This document shows, one piece after another, positions 37,988-53,473 of a stretch of DNA of 64,000 nt (positions within the stretch are counted from its first letter, which is position 1; each line of letters begins with the position of its first letter). The notes below the pieces were generated by a model. That model ran no database searches. It saw only the letters and a program-made list of their open reading frames with translations, and was not told where the DNA came from. Location: the NCBI GenBank assembly GCA_951406725.2, contig OX597820.1:50158001-50222000 (forward strand), in the 5' to 3' direction. Origin of the DNA: Octopus vulgaris. Its lineage: Eukaryota. A program made the translations under genes and the position numbers.

Positions 37988-38200
37988 AGGTGGTGATCTT
38001 GTAGAATCGTTAACACGTTGTGAAAATGCTTTACTGTATTTCCTCCGACTTTACGTTCTGGGTTCAAATTGTGGCGAGATTGACTTCGCCTTTCTACCTT
38101 TCGAGGTTAATAAAATAAATACCAATTGAGCACAGGAGTCGATGTAAACGAGTTTCCCACTCCATGGTATTACCTGGCCTTGTACTAATATTTGAAACGG
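37988..38200 (+). mobile_element. SINE family A, degenerate
   Basis: aggtggtgatcttgtagaatcgttaacac...ttacgttctgggttcaaatt. Confidence 0.6.
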
Positions 38201-39966
38201 ATATACTTACTACTGATAATAAACAAAATCGCCGAAATCTATTATTATTCTCTTCATAACACTGTTTTATTTCTGTAGCAAAAACTTTGAATTGTAAACT
38301 ATGATGTGCCATGCTGTAAAAAGACCTGATTTACAGTTTCAACCCCTAGTTGGATAGCATAGTGGAATAATGAATAATATATAAGAGGTCATAATTTTGT
38401 CGATTTTGTGATGTTGCTTAACACGTCTAGATTATATATTTAAGGTTTTTATTCAGAAGCTTTAGATATGTAATTATTTGCTTCAGAAAATGAATGTCGT
38501 CTAACTATGCAATTATTCTTAGAAGTGTTCTCTGGTAAGTTCGTTCGCTCCTATCGTTGGATGATTCTAAAACCATTGTAAATATTCATATTGGTATCCA
38601 AGGAGAGAAAGAGAAAGAAAGAGAGAGAAAGAACAAGAGAAATAGATAGGAAGAGTTGGAGAAAGAGAAGGTGAGAGAGAGCGAGAGAGTGAAAGAGAGA
38701 GATGAACACAAAATTCAACTCAATTGTGAATCCAAATTCAAATTTATATTCGCTTCTATAACATCTAAGCAGATTCCTTATAACTGATTCCATCTTTGTT
38801 TCTTAAAAGTGTGCTGAATGCATTATGTAAAAATGAAAATATTGGAATATCATATGCGGGGCATCATTTTCGGAATTCTTAAAAACATAGAATAGTATAT
38901 CTACGAATCAAGCAAATAAGAGCCATTAAAATAGGTAAGTGGCCTCGACGTAAATATTAATCCCGCAAATTTGAGTTTGTAGTCATCGGAGTTTATATGT
39001 GAGACTAGCAGTATAAAAATGTTGTTAAATTTGTAGATTAACACTCGCACGATTTTCACTAAGAAAAAAAAAAGTTTTTTTTTTTTGCGTGGAAACAACT
39101 ACTCTGGCATCCTAATATGCTACAAAACCCATTTTGTGATCGGTGAAACGGAGTGTGGTGTGGTGGAAGCCTCGGAAATTGTACCCATTTATATTGTGTA
39201 ATTCACTGACAAACTGTTACCTACCTCTTTGTTGTTAAATAAATGCATTCTCAAAAAACACTTTTTTACTCGGCGTAAAATAAAAACAAAACTCTTTCGC
39301 ACCCAAAGTAATGTGTGTGAGAGAGGGGGGAGAAAGATGAACGATTTGAAATATATAAATGATTTAAAATAAATATATTGTAATTGTTGTGTGATAAAGT
39401 ATATATACTATGATTATAAAATATAGTGTCTTTCAAAAACTTCCTAAATTTTAACACTATATCTCGTGTTTAAGAAAAAAAAATATTTTACATTTTATTT
39501 TTTATGAACGTCGTCACTTACTCTCTCCCTCTCTCTATCTCTCACTTCGTCTTTCCCTTTTTTTGTTTAGACGCTGTAAAACTCTCTGCCTGTCTTCCAC
39601 TTTCCTTTACCTTGATTTTTTTTTGTTAGACGCTCTCACCCACTCTTGCTTACTCATACTTTTTCAATACTATTTTTGTAAGACGTTGCGAAACACTATA
39701 CATCAACACACACATACATCAATACACAACTTCTCTCTCTCCTTCACACACACACTTTCGCTTGGCTATGTCTAGAAGGGACTTAACTCATGTTATTAAC
39801 CTTCAAAACAAATAAAAACTATGGCTGAAAATAGATTTTCACCGCTATCCGCGAATGCCTCGGGAAAAAAATAAGTTGACAAAACCCAGATATGATGTTG
39901 ACGAATGTCCTCCTAAAATTGGAGCGACATGCGTGCTAATTTGTGGACGGGCATAAATTACAATCA

Positions 39967-40045
<79 letters not shown>

Positions 40046-40227
40046 CATGCCTTTTATAGATACAGATTATAAGTAATGAACTGATTGTTCTCAGTAAATC
40101 CGCCAGCTTGGTGACTGTGTGTGCGCGAGTTTGCGCGCGTATGTGTGCTTGCGCGTGCGAGTGTGTTCGTGTCTGTATGTGTCGATATGCTTATCTCTCT
40201 CTCTCCAACTCTCTTAATTTGTACACA

Positions 40228-40295
<68 letters not shown>

Positions 40296-40734
40296 CGATT
40301 GACCAGTTGAAATAAAGTAATCACTGGAACTATTACATCGACTACAATATAAACATTTGAGTAAAGAAACTTACATATTGTTTGTACTGCAGAACCTTCA
40401 TTTTATTACCTCTGGACTCGGAAGCAAAACAATTTCAGTACCTTGCAAAGAATGCCGAGCATCATCAATACTACTAGGGAGAGCCCGATTTCTTAGGGTC
40501 TACTATAAAAAAAAACCCACACACGCCGGTCAATTTTTTGTATCCTTGCAGCCATCTAATCAAATTTCAAGCATCTGCAGCCACAGGAGTAAATGGAGTC
40601 AATGTTTTGCTAGATATCTTCTTTGCTTTCCGTTTTCGCATCTCTCGTATATTTCTTCGCCATTCTTTCTATAGCTGTTCCGCTCGCGAATCCTCATGTC
40701 TGTCTGTCTGTCTTTATGTATGGATGTATGAATG

Positions 40735-40788
<54 letters not shown>

Positions 40789-40858
40789 CGGAGTAAACAC
40801 ATAAATGTGAAACAAGGTGGAAAAAAGAGTACTCAAATACCAGTGGTAGAGTAATTTA

Positions 40859-40914
<56 letters not shown>

Positions 40915-40979
40915 CGTATGAATATATACTAGAAGTATGCATTCATAAATATATAAGTGCACATGTATAGAAATAGATG

Positions 40980-41031
<52 letters not shown>

Positions 41032-41586
41032 CTATCTCATCTATCAGTTTATATTAACTGACCATTTGAGAACACGTTAAACCGTATGAAATTTGAATAA
41101 AGCAATATGGTTATTCGTAAACGTCATTCAAACGAGTGAAATATCTCCAGTGCAGCAAAAAGATTGCTTTATACTTTGACAGCTGATGTATTTAACTGAC
41201 TTAGCGTTTATAGTGAATTTACAGTACTTTATATATCCTATATAAATTCTTATTTAGAATGACATTGTACAGTACATAGGTAGTTTAACCGAAAGATTAA
41301 ACACAGACAGCGAGAAGTTCGAGCGATAGAGGAAGAAAGATGAAAGAGAATGATATAAAGAGAGACATTAGACACACTTCTCCTCCTAACTATTACCTCC
41401 AAATATGACAAGCTTTATTATTTCGGGTAAAAGATTAGTAAAGAATTGGTATTTCTGACAACATAGTATACATACATACGAAGAGATTAATATTTCTTTC
41501 ATCCTTGTATGTCACTAGTTTCTTAAATGGAAAACTTTGTAGACACAATTCTCGTTTCTCGCTCTCTGCACAAAGGGACTTACAAA

Positions 41587-41727
<141 letters not shown>

Positions 41728-42592
41728 TATATACATACATATATATATATATATATATACATATATACATATATATATATGTATATGTATACGCTTACTT
41801 GGCGTTTAGACTTTTGAATTTACCTTAAAAGTATAAACAAAACGGGCGATGGTAAATATATATATACGCTACTGACGTAAAGACCAATGCGACATTTTTA
41901 CGTTAGTAAACCAAATAAATAATGACTATAAAGGAAAAGAATGAAAATTCTTTATGCTTTTATAGAAACGAAATGGTATTTAATGGCAGAAGAAAGAAGG
42001 TATGTAGTAATATGTTTACTGAGTAAAGGAGAGTGAATGAGGTTAGTGGGTAGGAATATCAAAAATGCGGGAAAGAACGATAAGTAGCAGCGCTTCATAT
42101 TCGGTGTGTGTGTGTGTGCATTTGCGTGTATGTATGTGTATCTATGAAAGCTTCTGATTTTGAGTGTGTATCGTATTTGTGTATGCGCGCGTGTGTGTGT
42201 ATGTGTGTGTTTGTGTGTGTGTGAACAGACCAATATGTAAATGTGGGTAAGGGAGTGAAAGAACATTGCTGGGGGGAAGTGTGTGCCGGAGTATGTGTCA
42301 GAGTGTCCTAATGTTAAATGAACGGCTGTTAGCGCCACGGGGAGAGAATAAGCCCTGTTTGAAAATAAGTATGCTAACCGTGTTTTACCGCGTTCTTTGA
42401 AGCAGTCTATTTGCATATATGTATCACTTAGGTAAATGGTCAACAAACTGGACTTCTAATTGAGTAGATATGCAATTTGTAAAGATAAAAAACACAATAT
42501 CTTAGAACAGCTGTTTTAAATTTCAATAATTATCATTTCGTCTATCTATAAGTATGATTTTCATAAATATTTGATTTCTAATATCTTCTTGT

Positions 42593-42895
42593 GGAGGCGC
42601 AATGGCCCAGTGGTTAGGATAGCGGACTTGCGGTCAGAGGATCGCGGTTTCGATTCCCAGACTGGGCGTTGTGTGTGTTCATTGAGTGAAAACGCCCAAA
42701 GCTCCATGATGTTCCGGCAGTGGGTGGTGGCGACCCTTGTTGTACTCTTTCGCCCCAACTTTCTCTCACTCTTTCTTCCTGTTTCTTGAGTAACGCTGCG
42801 ATAGATTGGCGTTCCGTCCAGCTGGGGGGAAAACGCATACGCCATAGAAACCGGGAAACCGGATCCATGAGCCTTGGTGAGGCTTGAAAAGGCCG
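42593..42895 (+). mobile_element. SINE family C, third tail type
   Basis: Family C head followed by gtaacgctgcgatagattggcg.tccgtccagctggggg...agaaaccgggaaaccgg. Confidence 0.8.
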
Positions 42896-43254
42896 AAAAA
42901 AATCTTCTTATCCTCTTAGAATAGCATATCCCTTTTAATCACAACATTTGCACATTATTTCTGTCAGTTTGGTCAAACGTGCGACATTACTTTCATTTAG
43001 CAATATTTTTCAATACGCAGATTTTCTATTCTCTTTTGACAACTATCTGTCAGCTAAGCTCAGAACTGTTTTCATTTGCTCATGTTTCTTTTGAAACTGA
43101 CTATGTAACGCATTTCGCAATTACCATTTTCATGTATTATCTTTCTTTATTCTTTTATCCTTCTACTTCGTTACAGGCTGGGCAACATTCATATATGTCT
43201 ATATCTATAGCTTTGTGCGTATGTCTCTCTCCCGCACTTTTTCCTTCATTACAC

Positions 43255-43420
43255 ACACACTATGGAATTCTTTCAGTTTCCTTCTACAAATGCACAGACA
43301 AGACTTCGATCGGCCTGAGCGTATTTTAGAAGACACTTGCCCAAGGAGCAACGCATTGCGACTGAGCCCCAAAGCATATGAATGGGAAGCAGACATCCTA
43401 CGACACAATGACGGCTGCAC
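43255..43420 (-). mobile_element. SINE family D 5' part
   Basis: tttcagtttccttctacaaat..acaag...agaagacacttgcccaagg. Confidence 0.55.
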
Positions 43421-43422
43421 AC

Positions 43423-43468
<46 letters not shown>

Positions 43469-43910
43469 TAGACCTCTGCTTTCGGTAATTTTTACTGAAA
43501 CAGTCTACATCGACTATATCGCAACACTGTTCTATCAAGCATACAAAATAATTCTTATGCATAAACCTACTAATTTCATACGGTCCATCTCTTCTCCAAA
43601 AGGTTTTAAAAAGTGGCGGCATATTCAAAATTTGAAATCATGTTTCGATTTAATTTGTTTCTAAAATTACTGAAATCATCCCTGATGAAATTATCTTTCT
43701 TCACATTCCACATTTCTCGTTCACTTTTTGCTCTTCCCAGCAAAGCCTTAATCTTTGTCATATAATATGTCACGCATTCTTTTAATTATGGACCGCATAT
43801 CTTATGAAATGTGGAAACATAAAACGGAATTACTCAAGTGGTAAATTATCTGTGAGCTTTTCATCGTCACTAGTTTTAATTTTTTTGCATTATATTGTAC
43901 ATATACATAT

Positions 43911-43963
<53 letters not shown>

Positions 43964-43988
43964 ATCTATGCGTATATATATGTACACA

Positions 43989-44055
<67 letters not shown>

Positions 44056-45509
44056 ATACGAAGTGTATTTATCAAATGTGTACACAATGTTGTGTCGAGC
44101 GAACCTGACTTATGTTCCAGTTAAGTGATTCTAATGGATTGATGGATCCTGATTTAACTAGTATGACTCGTGTAATTTTCTTGCCGTTTTAGATACAGTT
44201 CAGTAGCTGCTAAAATTTCCTTTCAACGCTTTAAAATATTCCTTTGATAATATTGTTCGTTCCGTTAAAGGAAGCCTTTCATTTTCCCGACTTCTCTTTG
44301 ATCCTTTATTTTAAGTATCCTATTACTGTCTTTATATCATATTTTTCTCTAATTTCTAGCTTATTCGTAATGCTTCATAGGTCTTGTTTTCACGATTCGT
44401 TTTAAGATTAAGGAAAATTTACTCAGATACATTTCCATACCTTTAATAATCCTTACATTCATATTCCAACATGAAAACGTTATTTCCAATTTCCGTTTAT
44501 ATTCAACACAAGTTTTTTTTTGTTGAATGTTTAAGAAATACGTCACGATTTTTATTCCCCACAAAAAAGGAAAATAAATAATAAAAAAACAGGAAAAAGA
44601 AGAATTATGCATATTTTGTGAAAACATCTTTAAAAATGTTAAAGTTGAACAAACGCTGTATGAGAAAGTCTTTAAACAGTAGTATTGATAATTTCCAAAG
44701 CTTGCATATGTCCACATGTATCTATGAGTGGTTTTATGGAAGCGGTTATACCAGTTACAAACGGAATGATGAACCACAATCTTATATTTTGATAGCAAGG
44801 CTATTATAATGCATTTCATTCTTTTACATCTGTTAGGCACATCAATGTAATAATTCGGTATAGCTATGTCTTGCTCGAATAGCTTAGGAGTTCGCTTCGC
44901 AGTCACACAAAACGCGCAAGTATCAGAACCAGACTTCGGGCGAGTAAAACTGGGGAGACCGAAATTGTGCAAAATGCTATCATAATGAAATGCACCCCAC
45001 TCTGTCGGAGGATAACACGAAAGATACACATCTACGGAATGTTTACACATCTGTGGTATATCCAACCCTAATACGCCAATTCAGTGATCTGAGTATTTCA
45101 TTTGATGGATTAGACTTATCAATCAAAGGTAGTGGCCTATATTTAAAGTTACAAAGAATTGCTCATTACCAAATTATAATATACGCAAAAGAGCATGCCT
45201 TTATTTAAAGGTTATTAGTGTAGAGGTGCATGTAGAACGGTTTCGTCACATTAATACAATACCAAATATACTCGGTAAGGATCGTTGCGAGACATTATAA
45301 TACAATATGGCGAATTGTTTCAGGAAATTCACAACACAGGCGATATTTGTCATCTACCATATAGGGGTTGTGATGGTTGACTGGACCTGTCTTGTATTAT
45401 GAATGGTGTTTCTTTTGTTGTTCTATTCAGATTGGATTTGCTTCTTCCTCAGACAAGAGCTGGTACTATTTAAAAGAATTCTATATGTGCCATTCAGTGA
45501 CTAGAAATA

Positions 45510-45722
45510 TTGGTTTCAAATTTTGACACAAAGCCAGCAGTATCGGGCGAGGGAGTAAGTCGATTACATCGATCCTAGTGTTCAACTGGTTCTTATTTTA
45601 TGGACACGGAATGGATGAAAGGCAAAGTCGACATCGGTAGAATTTGAACTCAGAACGTTAAGACGAACGAAATACTGCTAAGTGTTTTACCCTGTGTGCT
45701 AACGATTCTACTATCTCACCGT
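45510..45722 (-). mobile_element. SINE family A
   Basis: gatgaaaggcaaagtcgac..atttgaactcagaacg...tgctaacgattct. Confidence 0.7.
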
Positions 45723-46358
45723 GTAACTTGAATATTGAAATATTGACCATTGTACTTTTACGGTCGTTTACTTGCATTGCTTTTCAATATGTTCGACTTT
45801 GCTTCAGCTTAAAATTTTAGTCATTCGAAAAAAAAAAAAAAACGAAATAATCCTCTCTATTCAGGACAGTTTTGTTATTTTAAAAAACGATTGCACATAA
45901 TCAGTTATCCATGTATTTAGTAGTGCTTTGGAATTAGGTCCACTGAGTGATACTTCTGCTGCTTGAGATGATTAGCAGACATAACGGTCGCTTTTTCAAC
46001 AGTTCACACAAAAGTAAAGAGGAGAAAAATCTTGATAGATTATTTATTAAAAATGACCAGATAGGCTTACATTCTTTTAGAATGTAATTTCAAATTAGGT
46101 TTCGCACACATGCACACACACACACACGTATATGTGTGTGTGTTAAGTTGTTTCCATGTTTAGTTACGAAAAAAAATTACATTTATCTGCCGAATTAGTC
46201 TATACTTTTGCAGAGTACAAATTTATTCTTAAACAAGAATGTAGTTGACAATGTCATCGAAGTTTCTACCAGTAAAGCCAATAAGTCCGGTATTATCTGC
46301 ACAGCACGAAGTAAGGTGAATAAAATCAAAATAAGTATCGATATCCTGTTGATTATTT

Positions 46359-46407
<49 letters not shown>

Positions 46408-46436
46408 TACCAGAAAAAAATATATGTATATATATG

Positions 46437-46493
<57 letters not shown>

Positions 46494-46508
46494 GTATATA
46501 TATGTATA

Positions 46509-46601
<93 letters not shown>

Positions 46602-46673
46602 TTGGTAGAATAAAAAATTGATTTAGCATTTCTAAATTGAATTTTCCCTGTAAGTTTGGAATAATATTCCCTC

Positions 46674-46731
<58 letters not shown>

Positions 46732-48632
46732 CACATATACATATACATATCCATTTATATATATATACATACATACACACACATATATGTGTGTGTATAT
46801 GTGTGTATGTGTGTATGTATGTGTGTATGTGTGCGTGTGTGTGTAAGTGAGTATGTGTTATACATATGGATTTATTTTATTCATAACTTTCTGTTGGCAT
46901 CTAAGAATTGACGATCGATACATAACAGTTCATTCGAATATATTCAGCAATACCACGTACCAGGTGCACTTGTGAGTTGGAGATTTAATGGACAACAATA
47001 ATTACCATTTTTATCTACTCTGTTAGTTTCATTAGCTTCCTAGTACATATGCTTTCTGTGGAGATTAATCACTGTATATATAAAACCGATTACGGAGTGT
47101 AAGCTGCAATATTTACTACAGTTATAGCGTTACGATCTCTAGGCATTAGGAATGCAAAATAAATCGCCAAGAAACCGAAACTATTGTATGACCGGCTCTA
47201 CGGATGAATTGATATCACCCAATATATGTTGTTATTGAATTTAAAATTTGTATTAACTACTGCAAACTGTTCATTTCTTCGCCATTACATGCACGAAAGG
47301 CTTTACTTTACATACATGCTCATATATCTTTAGGAAACGTGATTTGGAGAATAATATTACTGGTTTTTGAACATGACACATAATGATGATCATATTGCTG
47401 TTGGTGCGATCGAAGGAGTTTTTGCTAATAGTGACTGGAAGGATGTCATATGGGACTTGAGTAAGTGCTGGTGTTTCGAGTTTACGTACCAGTTGGTAAA
47501 TGCAGAGTATTTTTTTTTACAGTGAGTGTTGTTTATATTGTTTGATATATGAATGACTCTTCATGTAGTACATAAATTGTATGGAAAAGAGACCAGAAAT
47601 TTACTTCTCTGGTGGAGATGGTCTTTGACTTTTTCCTGTACTTGTGTAGCATAATAACAGTGTATGTAGATAAAGCTTTATTTCGGAGAGTAACAGATGT
47701 TTACAGGTTAGTTGATCATAACTATGTAAATTATTGCTTTAATGTCAAAAAGCGTGATGCTAATCCAAGTGATTTCTTTGGCTTACCAACTCAAGTAAGA
47801 GCTATCAACTAACGAACAGTGGCTCACGTTTGGGATATATTGATATCTTTAATGTTTAATGGGAAACATGACGGATTACCGAGGGTAAGATCTGGATCCA
47901 GAATATATTGTTTAAAGATGTCGAAAGGAGTCTAATGGCGCCGGTTACTTTTCCTGGTCGGAATGATCGAAAGAGATTTTGCTTACACTGCTTGTGAGCA
48001 CACGAATTACGATGAGTGGATGACAAATAACATTTCTGAGAACTGAGTGAGTGCACTTTGGTGAAGTAGATATTTTTTTTCTTATATTTGAAATAGATGA
48101 AATATAAACTAAGTACCGATTCAGTAACATCGAAAGATTTGTATTTTATATTTGCATAGGCTGATGAACATTATATGGCCGAGCTGTTACACGCCCTGCT
48201 ACGTTTTATACATGGTTATGTGTAAGATTTGAAGTTATTAGAACTATGGCATTTCAAAGTATACTAGAATTGAATGCATTTACATTTCTACCCATTGTTC
48301 GTTCGATGAGGGATATATTTTCAATAGCTCGATGGAGCAAAAAATGAATAAATAAATAACGATATAAATATATAGATATTTTCAGTGTCTAGAAAGTTAA
48401 GTTCGAATATTCCGTATGGGTACCCTCCTGCTGACATATTGATATTTAAATAAATAACATACACACACGCACACACACAAGCGCACACAAACACACACAC
48501 ACACACACATACACACACACGCACAAACACACACACACACATATATATATATACATACATGCATATATATATATATGTATATATATACACACACACACAT
48601 ATACATATATATATAGATATATACATACATGC

Positions 48633-48685
<53 letters not shown>

Positions 48686-49065
48686 CATATATACATATAT
48701 TTATAGATACACAGACACACACACATACAGACACGTACATCCATATATATATATATTTATGTATATATGAGTTTGTATATATTTATCCAACTCTTTCTAT
48801 ATAAAACAAAATGTACATACATATACAGACAGACATACATGCACACACGTGCATACATATAACTGGATTAGTTGTAGATCAGTATCCATGGGTTTTTCTG
48901 TGCTCTCTCTCCTATGTTGTTTCCGAAATGGCAAGGTATTTCACATATCATGTTCTCCTCTAATTGAACATCTGATAAAAATGTTTCCGATACTATGCTG
49001 CGATTGAGACATGCGAAATTCAGGTGATATAGAGTTTGTGGTTGTTCCTTTGCGAGTAAATGTGT

Positions 49066-49144
<79 letters not shown>

Positions 49145-49308
49145 TTGAGCATAAAACAAACGCAGGCGTTTAAGATTAGACTGAAGAATTCTGAGGAATT
49201 CTGAAATATAGACTATATTGGTTCTTTTGTTTACAAAGCGGAACAGTTTCAGGGAAACTCTTGCTAACGCTACCTATCTATCTGTCTATCTATATATCTA
49301 TCTGTCTG

Positions 49309-49456
<148 letters not shown>

Positions 49457-49499
49457 CCTATCTATCTATCTATCTATCTATCTATGATTTTCTTATGTG

Positions 49500-49715
49500 A
49501 AAGCTGCAAAAATATCACAAAAAAATGCTATTCAGAGTTTCATGTTCCCGTCTGTCGAGTGTTTGAGGTCAAGAGTTCTTGATCACAATTGCCCGACGAA
49601 CGGGAACGTGAAACTCTGAATAGCAATTTTTTCTGATGTTTCTGCAGCTTTAATGAAAAAGCACATATTCGAATACTATTTTGCCACCACGTTTTACATT
49701 CATGTGCTTACTCGT
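49500..49715. mobile_element. Palindromic Penelope-like element with hammerhead-like motif
   Basis: Inverted arms 49501-49560 and 49590-49651; its distal segment recurs inverted at about 40787-40857. Confidence 0.55.
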
Positions 49716-50073
49716 GTATGTTTGAAAACACATGCGCGCACACACACACACAAACATACACATGAATTAATGTTTGTTTTTACGGTCAGTTAAGATAAAA
49801 ACAATTTTGCATTAATCTGATTGACTGATCTATAATTTTGTAGAATAGAAATTTATTGGTCTTAAACAAGAATATTCTTTACAGTGACTTCGAAGCCATC
49901 GTCAGATTGCCGTCCAACGGTAGCATAGCAGGTCGAAACTTCCAAGAGATTGTTAAAATCATTCTTGTATAATAATAATAATAATAATGATAATATGTGT
50001 GTGTGCGTTTCTTTATTTATTTATAATGGCGTTTTCCCAATATAGCAGCAGCTCTCGAGATGAAACTATATGT

Positions 50074-50137
<64 letters not shown>

Positions 50138-50613
50138 GTATATATGTAAGCATGAATGTATGTATGTAAGCATATATATGTGTATGTGGTTATGTATATG
50201 TATATGCGTAAAAAACTGAACTACTTACATATGGCGTGGCTCGGTCATCTGAAGCTTGTGGTAGATTTTTGGGGTTTATAATGATGTCTGTGTTAACAAG
50301 TCTGGTACAGATTTTAACAACAGTAGAGGCAGGTATAATTATTGTAATAATAGATCAGGTGATGAGAGAAATAAAAGTAATTGTAATGGTGGAATAAAAT
50401 AAGTACAGATTTTCAACTGTGTCTTCAAAGTAGGATATCGAACTCGCACAGCACCATTACCAATAGACTAAAGGCCATTTACACGCTCAAAATTGTAAAC
50501 TAATACCAATATTTTTTTTCCAATTTATGAAGAGGCGAATGTGTTCAGATCTGAAGGCAGAAGTTGAGCTGAAGTATACAATTTTGGTTGCCTTAGATGT
50601 GTAGTCTTCTTGG

Positions 50614-50935
50614 CGAAGGAACGTGGCATAGTGGTTAGGGTATTAAGCTCACGATCGTAAGGTTCTGCATTCAATTCCCGGCGGTGCGTTGTGTCCTTGA
50701 GCAAGGTACTTTATTTGATGTTGCTCCAGTCCACCCAGCTGGCAAAAATGAGTAGTACCTGTATTTCAAGGGGCAAGTCTTATCACCTTCCGTGTCACGC
50801 TGAATCTCCCTGAGAATTGCATTAAAGGTACACGTGTCTGTGGGGTACCCTGCCACTTGCAATTTAATTTCATGAGCGGGCTTTCCGTTGATCGGATCAA
50901 ATGGAACCCTCGTCGTTGTAACCGACGCATTGCCA
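50614..50935 (+). mobile_element. SINE with family B head and family C-type tail
   Basis: gaaggaacgtggcatagtggttagg...gtccttgagcaag...gtacctgtatttcaagggg...gtaaccgacgcattgcca. Confidence 0.75.
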
Positions 50936-51809
50936 GCTAGTTACTTAGTTGTCTTTACGATAGCTAATACAAGATTTTCTTTTAGATATTTATGTGACGT
51001 GGGGAAGATGATACAAAGTCGAAGATCAAACCATCAACTTGTTCCAGACAATTAAATTCCATAACCATTGCGATACTCTTGCCCTCAACACCACTCCAGC
51101 ACCATTTAAAGTAAGCCACTACCATTTCATCTGACCGCAACGTGATCAAAAGATTAATGCAGCTAGATAAATGAAGCGATGGAAAATGAGAAGTTCGATC
51201 TAGTCTCGTGTGGATAAATAGCTGTAATATAATGTTGAACGTTGACATAAAATATACCATGAGATTTTAAACAATTTTTTTTTCCTTCAGATAAACACAC
51301 GTCAACAGTCAGAAGCTAAAACACATACACTCACACTCAGAAATACAAAGACGCACTCACTCAAAACTCAAACATATACAGAAAAATACATACACACGCG
51401 TATATATATATATATATATATAGGTCTGTGATTGTATTTCTCTTTCTCTCTCGATATATATATATATATATATGAATGTATGTATGTATGTATGTATGTA
51501 TGTATGTATGCATGCATGTATGTGTCTGTGAGTGTGTTGGTAGGTGCAGGGGTTGGGGTAGTTATGTACTAAGTAGATTAATCCTTACCACATGGCTCCT
51601 AGTTCAATACCACAGCGTGACATCTTCACAAGTTGTTTTAACGTTAACCTTGGGCCGGCTAAAACGTCGTGAACGGAGCATGGAGATAAACGGATATAAA
51701 TCATTCCCAATATGTAAGTTAACATAATTTTGTATATATATATACACATATGCTTGTGTGTGTGTGCGCGCGCGCGTGTGCGTACGTAGGCGCATAATGC
51801 TGAGACCCC

Positions 51810-52136
51810 ATTGAGTCATGACTGACCATGGGATTGCACGTAGAAAGTTACCCTCCCAGGCACCAGTCCAGCCAAGATTGTTTATGGAAGACCAGCAGTC
51901 GCCCATGCATACCAGCCTTCCCTCTTCACTCCATCAGTGTTATCCAAGGGAAAGGCAAAGGCCGATACAGCTTGGCACTTGTGACGTCGCAAGTCATTTC
52001 TACAGTTGAGTGAACTGGAGCAACGCGAAATAAAGTGTCTTGCTCAAGAACACAACACGCAGCCCGGTCCGGGATTCGAACTCACAACCTCACGATCGTA
52101 AGCTCGACGTACTAACCACTGAGCCATGCGCCTTCA
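51810..52136 (-). mobile_element. SINE family B
   Basis: Reverse complement of 7443-7780, ending aaccactgagccatgcgccttc. Confidence 0.85.
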
Positions 52137-52500
52137 AGGGCATAATGAGTCCCTATATAAATATACATTGGGAATAAGGAACTAGACGAGGATAAACCAA
52201 AGGGGACAAATAAAAATGTCAGAGAATCTAAAATCTAGAGAGAAAGACCGCGAGAAAAAGAACAGATAAAGAAATTTTGCCATAATGCCGTAAATCTGTG
52301 AAGTTAGCGGCCTAATGTGCTCTAGCCATATTCTGAAGCAACGACTCGTACAACAGCAGGCTTAAATACATATAAGCTCTCTCTCTCTGACTATTTCTCT
52401 CCACACACATATACAGCCACAGACACACCTATATATAGATATATCTTTTAAATTCGTTTATAGTAACGTTAAGGATATGCAAATAAAGCTCCTATTTTAT

Positions 52501-52844
52501 TATGGGGAGAATTCACGAAAAAAAAAACAACAACAAAAGAGGAAGACAGGTGGTGTAGAAAACAAACATATATTAGTATAACGCTTTGAGCCTACGCTCT
52601 TCCACAGAAAGGAATACAGAAAGAAACAAGGAGAGAAAAATATGTGAGTAGTCGCCATGATAGATCGGTAGCCACTACATACATTATTTTCTCTCCTTCT
52701 TTCTTTCTGTATTCCTTTCTGTAGAAGAGCGTAGGCTCGAAACGTAAAAGACTTTTTCAATTCCCGAGCGTTATACGAATACATCTGTTTGTTTTCTACA
52801 TCACCTGTCTTCGTCTTTTGTTTTATTCGTGAATTCTCCCCATA
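52501..52844. mobile_element. Palindromic Penelope-like (inverted pLTR) element
   Basis: tatggggagaattcacgaa... and ...ttcgtgaattctccccata arms, centre about 52660; hammerhead-like motif at 52715-52750. Confidence 0.65.
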
Positions 52845-53473
52845 TATCACACGCTCACGTAGTTGCACCAGTTGATCCTGTCTCCTCTTATCACCCACGA
52901 ACTTTTCCACTGGACTTTCTACCTTTCTACCCATTACGGATTCTCTTTTGGACTTTCTACACTCCGGCTGCACCTCTCCTACCTATTTTATTATGCCCGC
53001 TACCGCCATATCTTACTGACTAGTGAGTCAGTTTTTCAGGTTTCATCATGGTTATACTGATATAATGCCGGATAAATATAATGATAACAATTATTCCAGG
53101 ATGGAATTTATAAATATTTAATACATCGCTACGCACGTTTCCACAAACCACACATTAACATCAGAGTCCGTATCCTTGGGATGACTACAGTATAGTCCGC
53201 ATTATCAGTGGGCATCGAGTTGATCATCATCATTGATTAATTTCTTCAGGCAATACTGCATCAGTGGTTGAATCACAGAGGGATGTCTATCCCTTCTTGC
53301 CAGTCTGAAGACCAATCTATGTATGCATGTATGTATGTATCGATCTATCTGTCTATCTATCTATAAGTGTGTGTGTATGTGTGTGTCTGTATACGCACAT
53401 ACACAGTTGTATATACACATATATGTGTAGAAGAAAGAAACCCATACACACGTCACGTACAAACACAGTTATA

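Noticed and set aside
47560-48000. KVKDHLH (minus) and RKRFCLHCL (plus) motifs reminiscent of Polinton proteins
   Set aside because: Opposite strands, many stops, similarity at chance level
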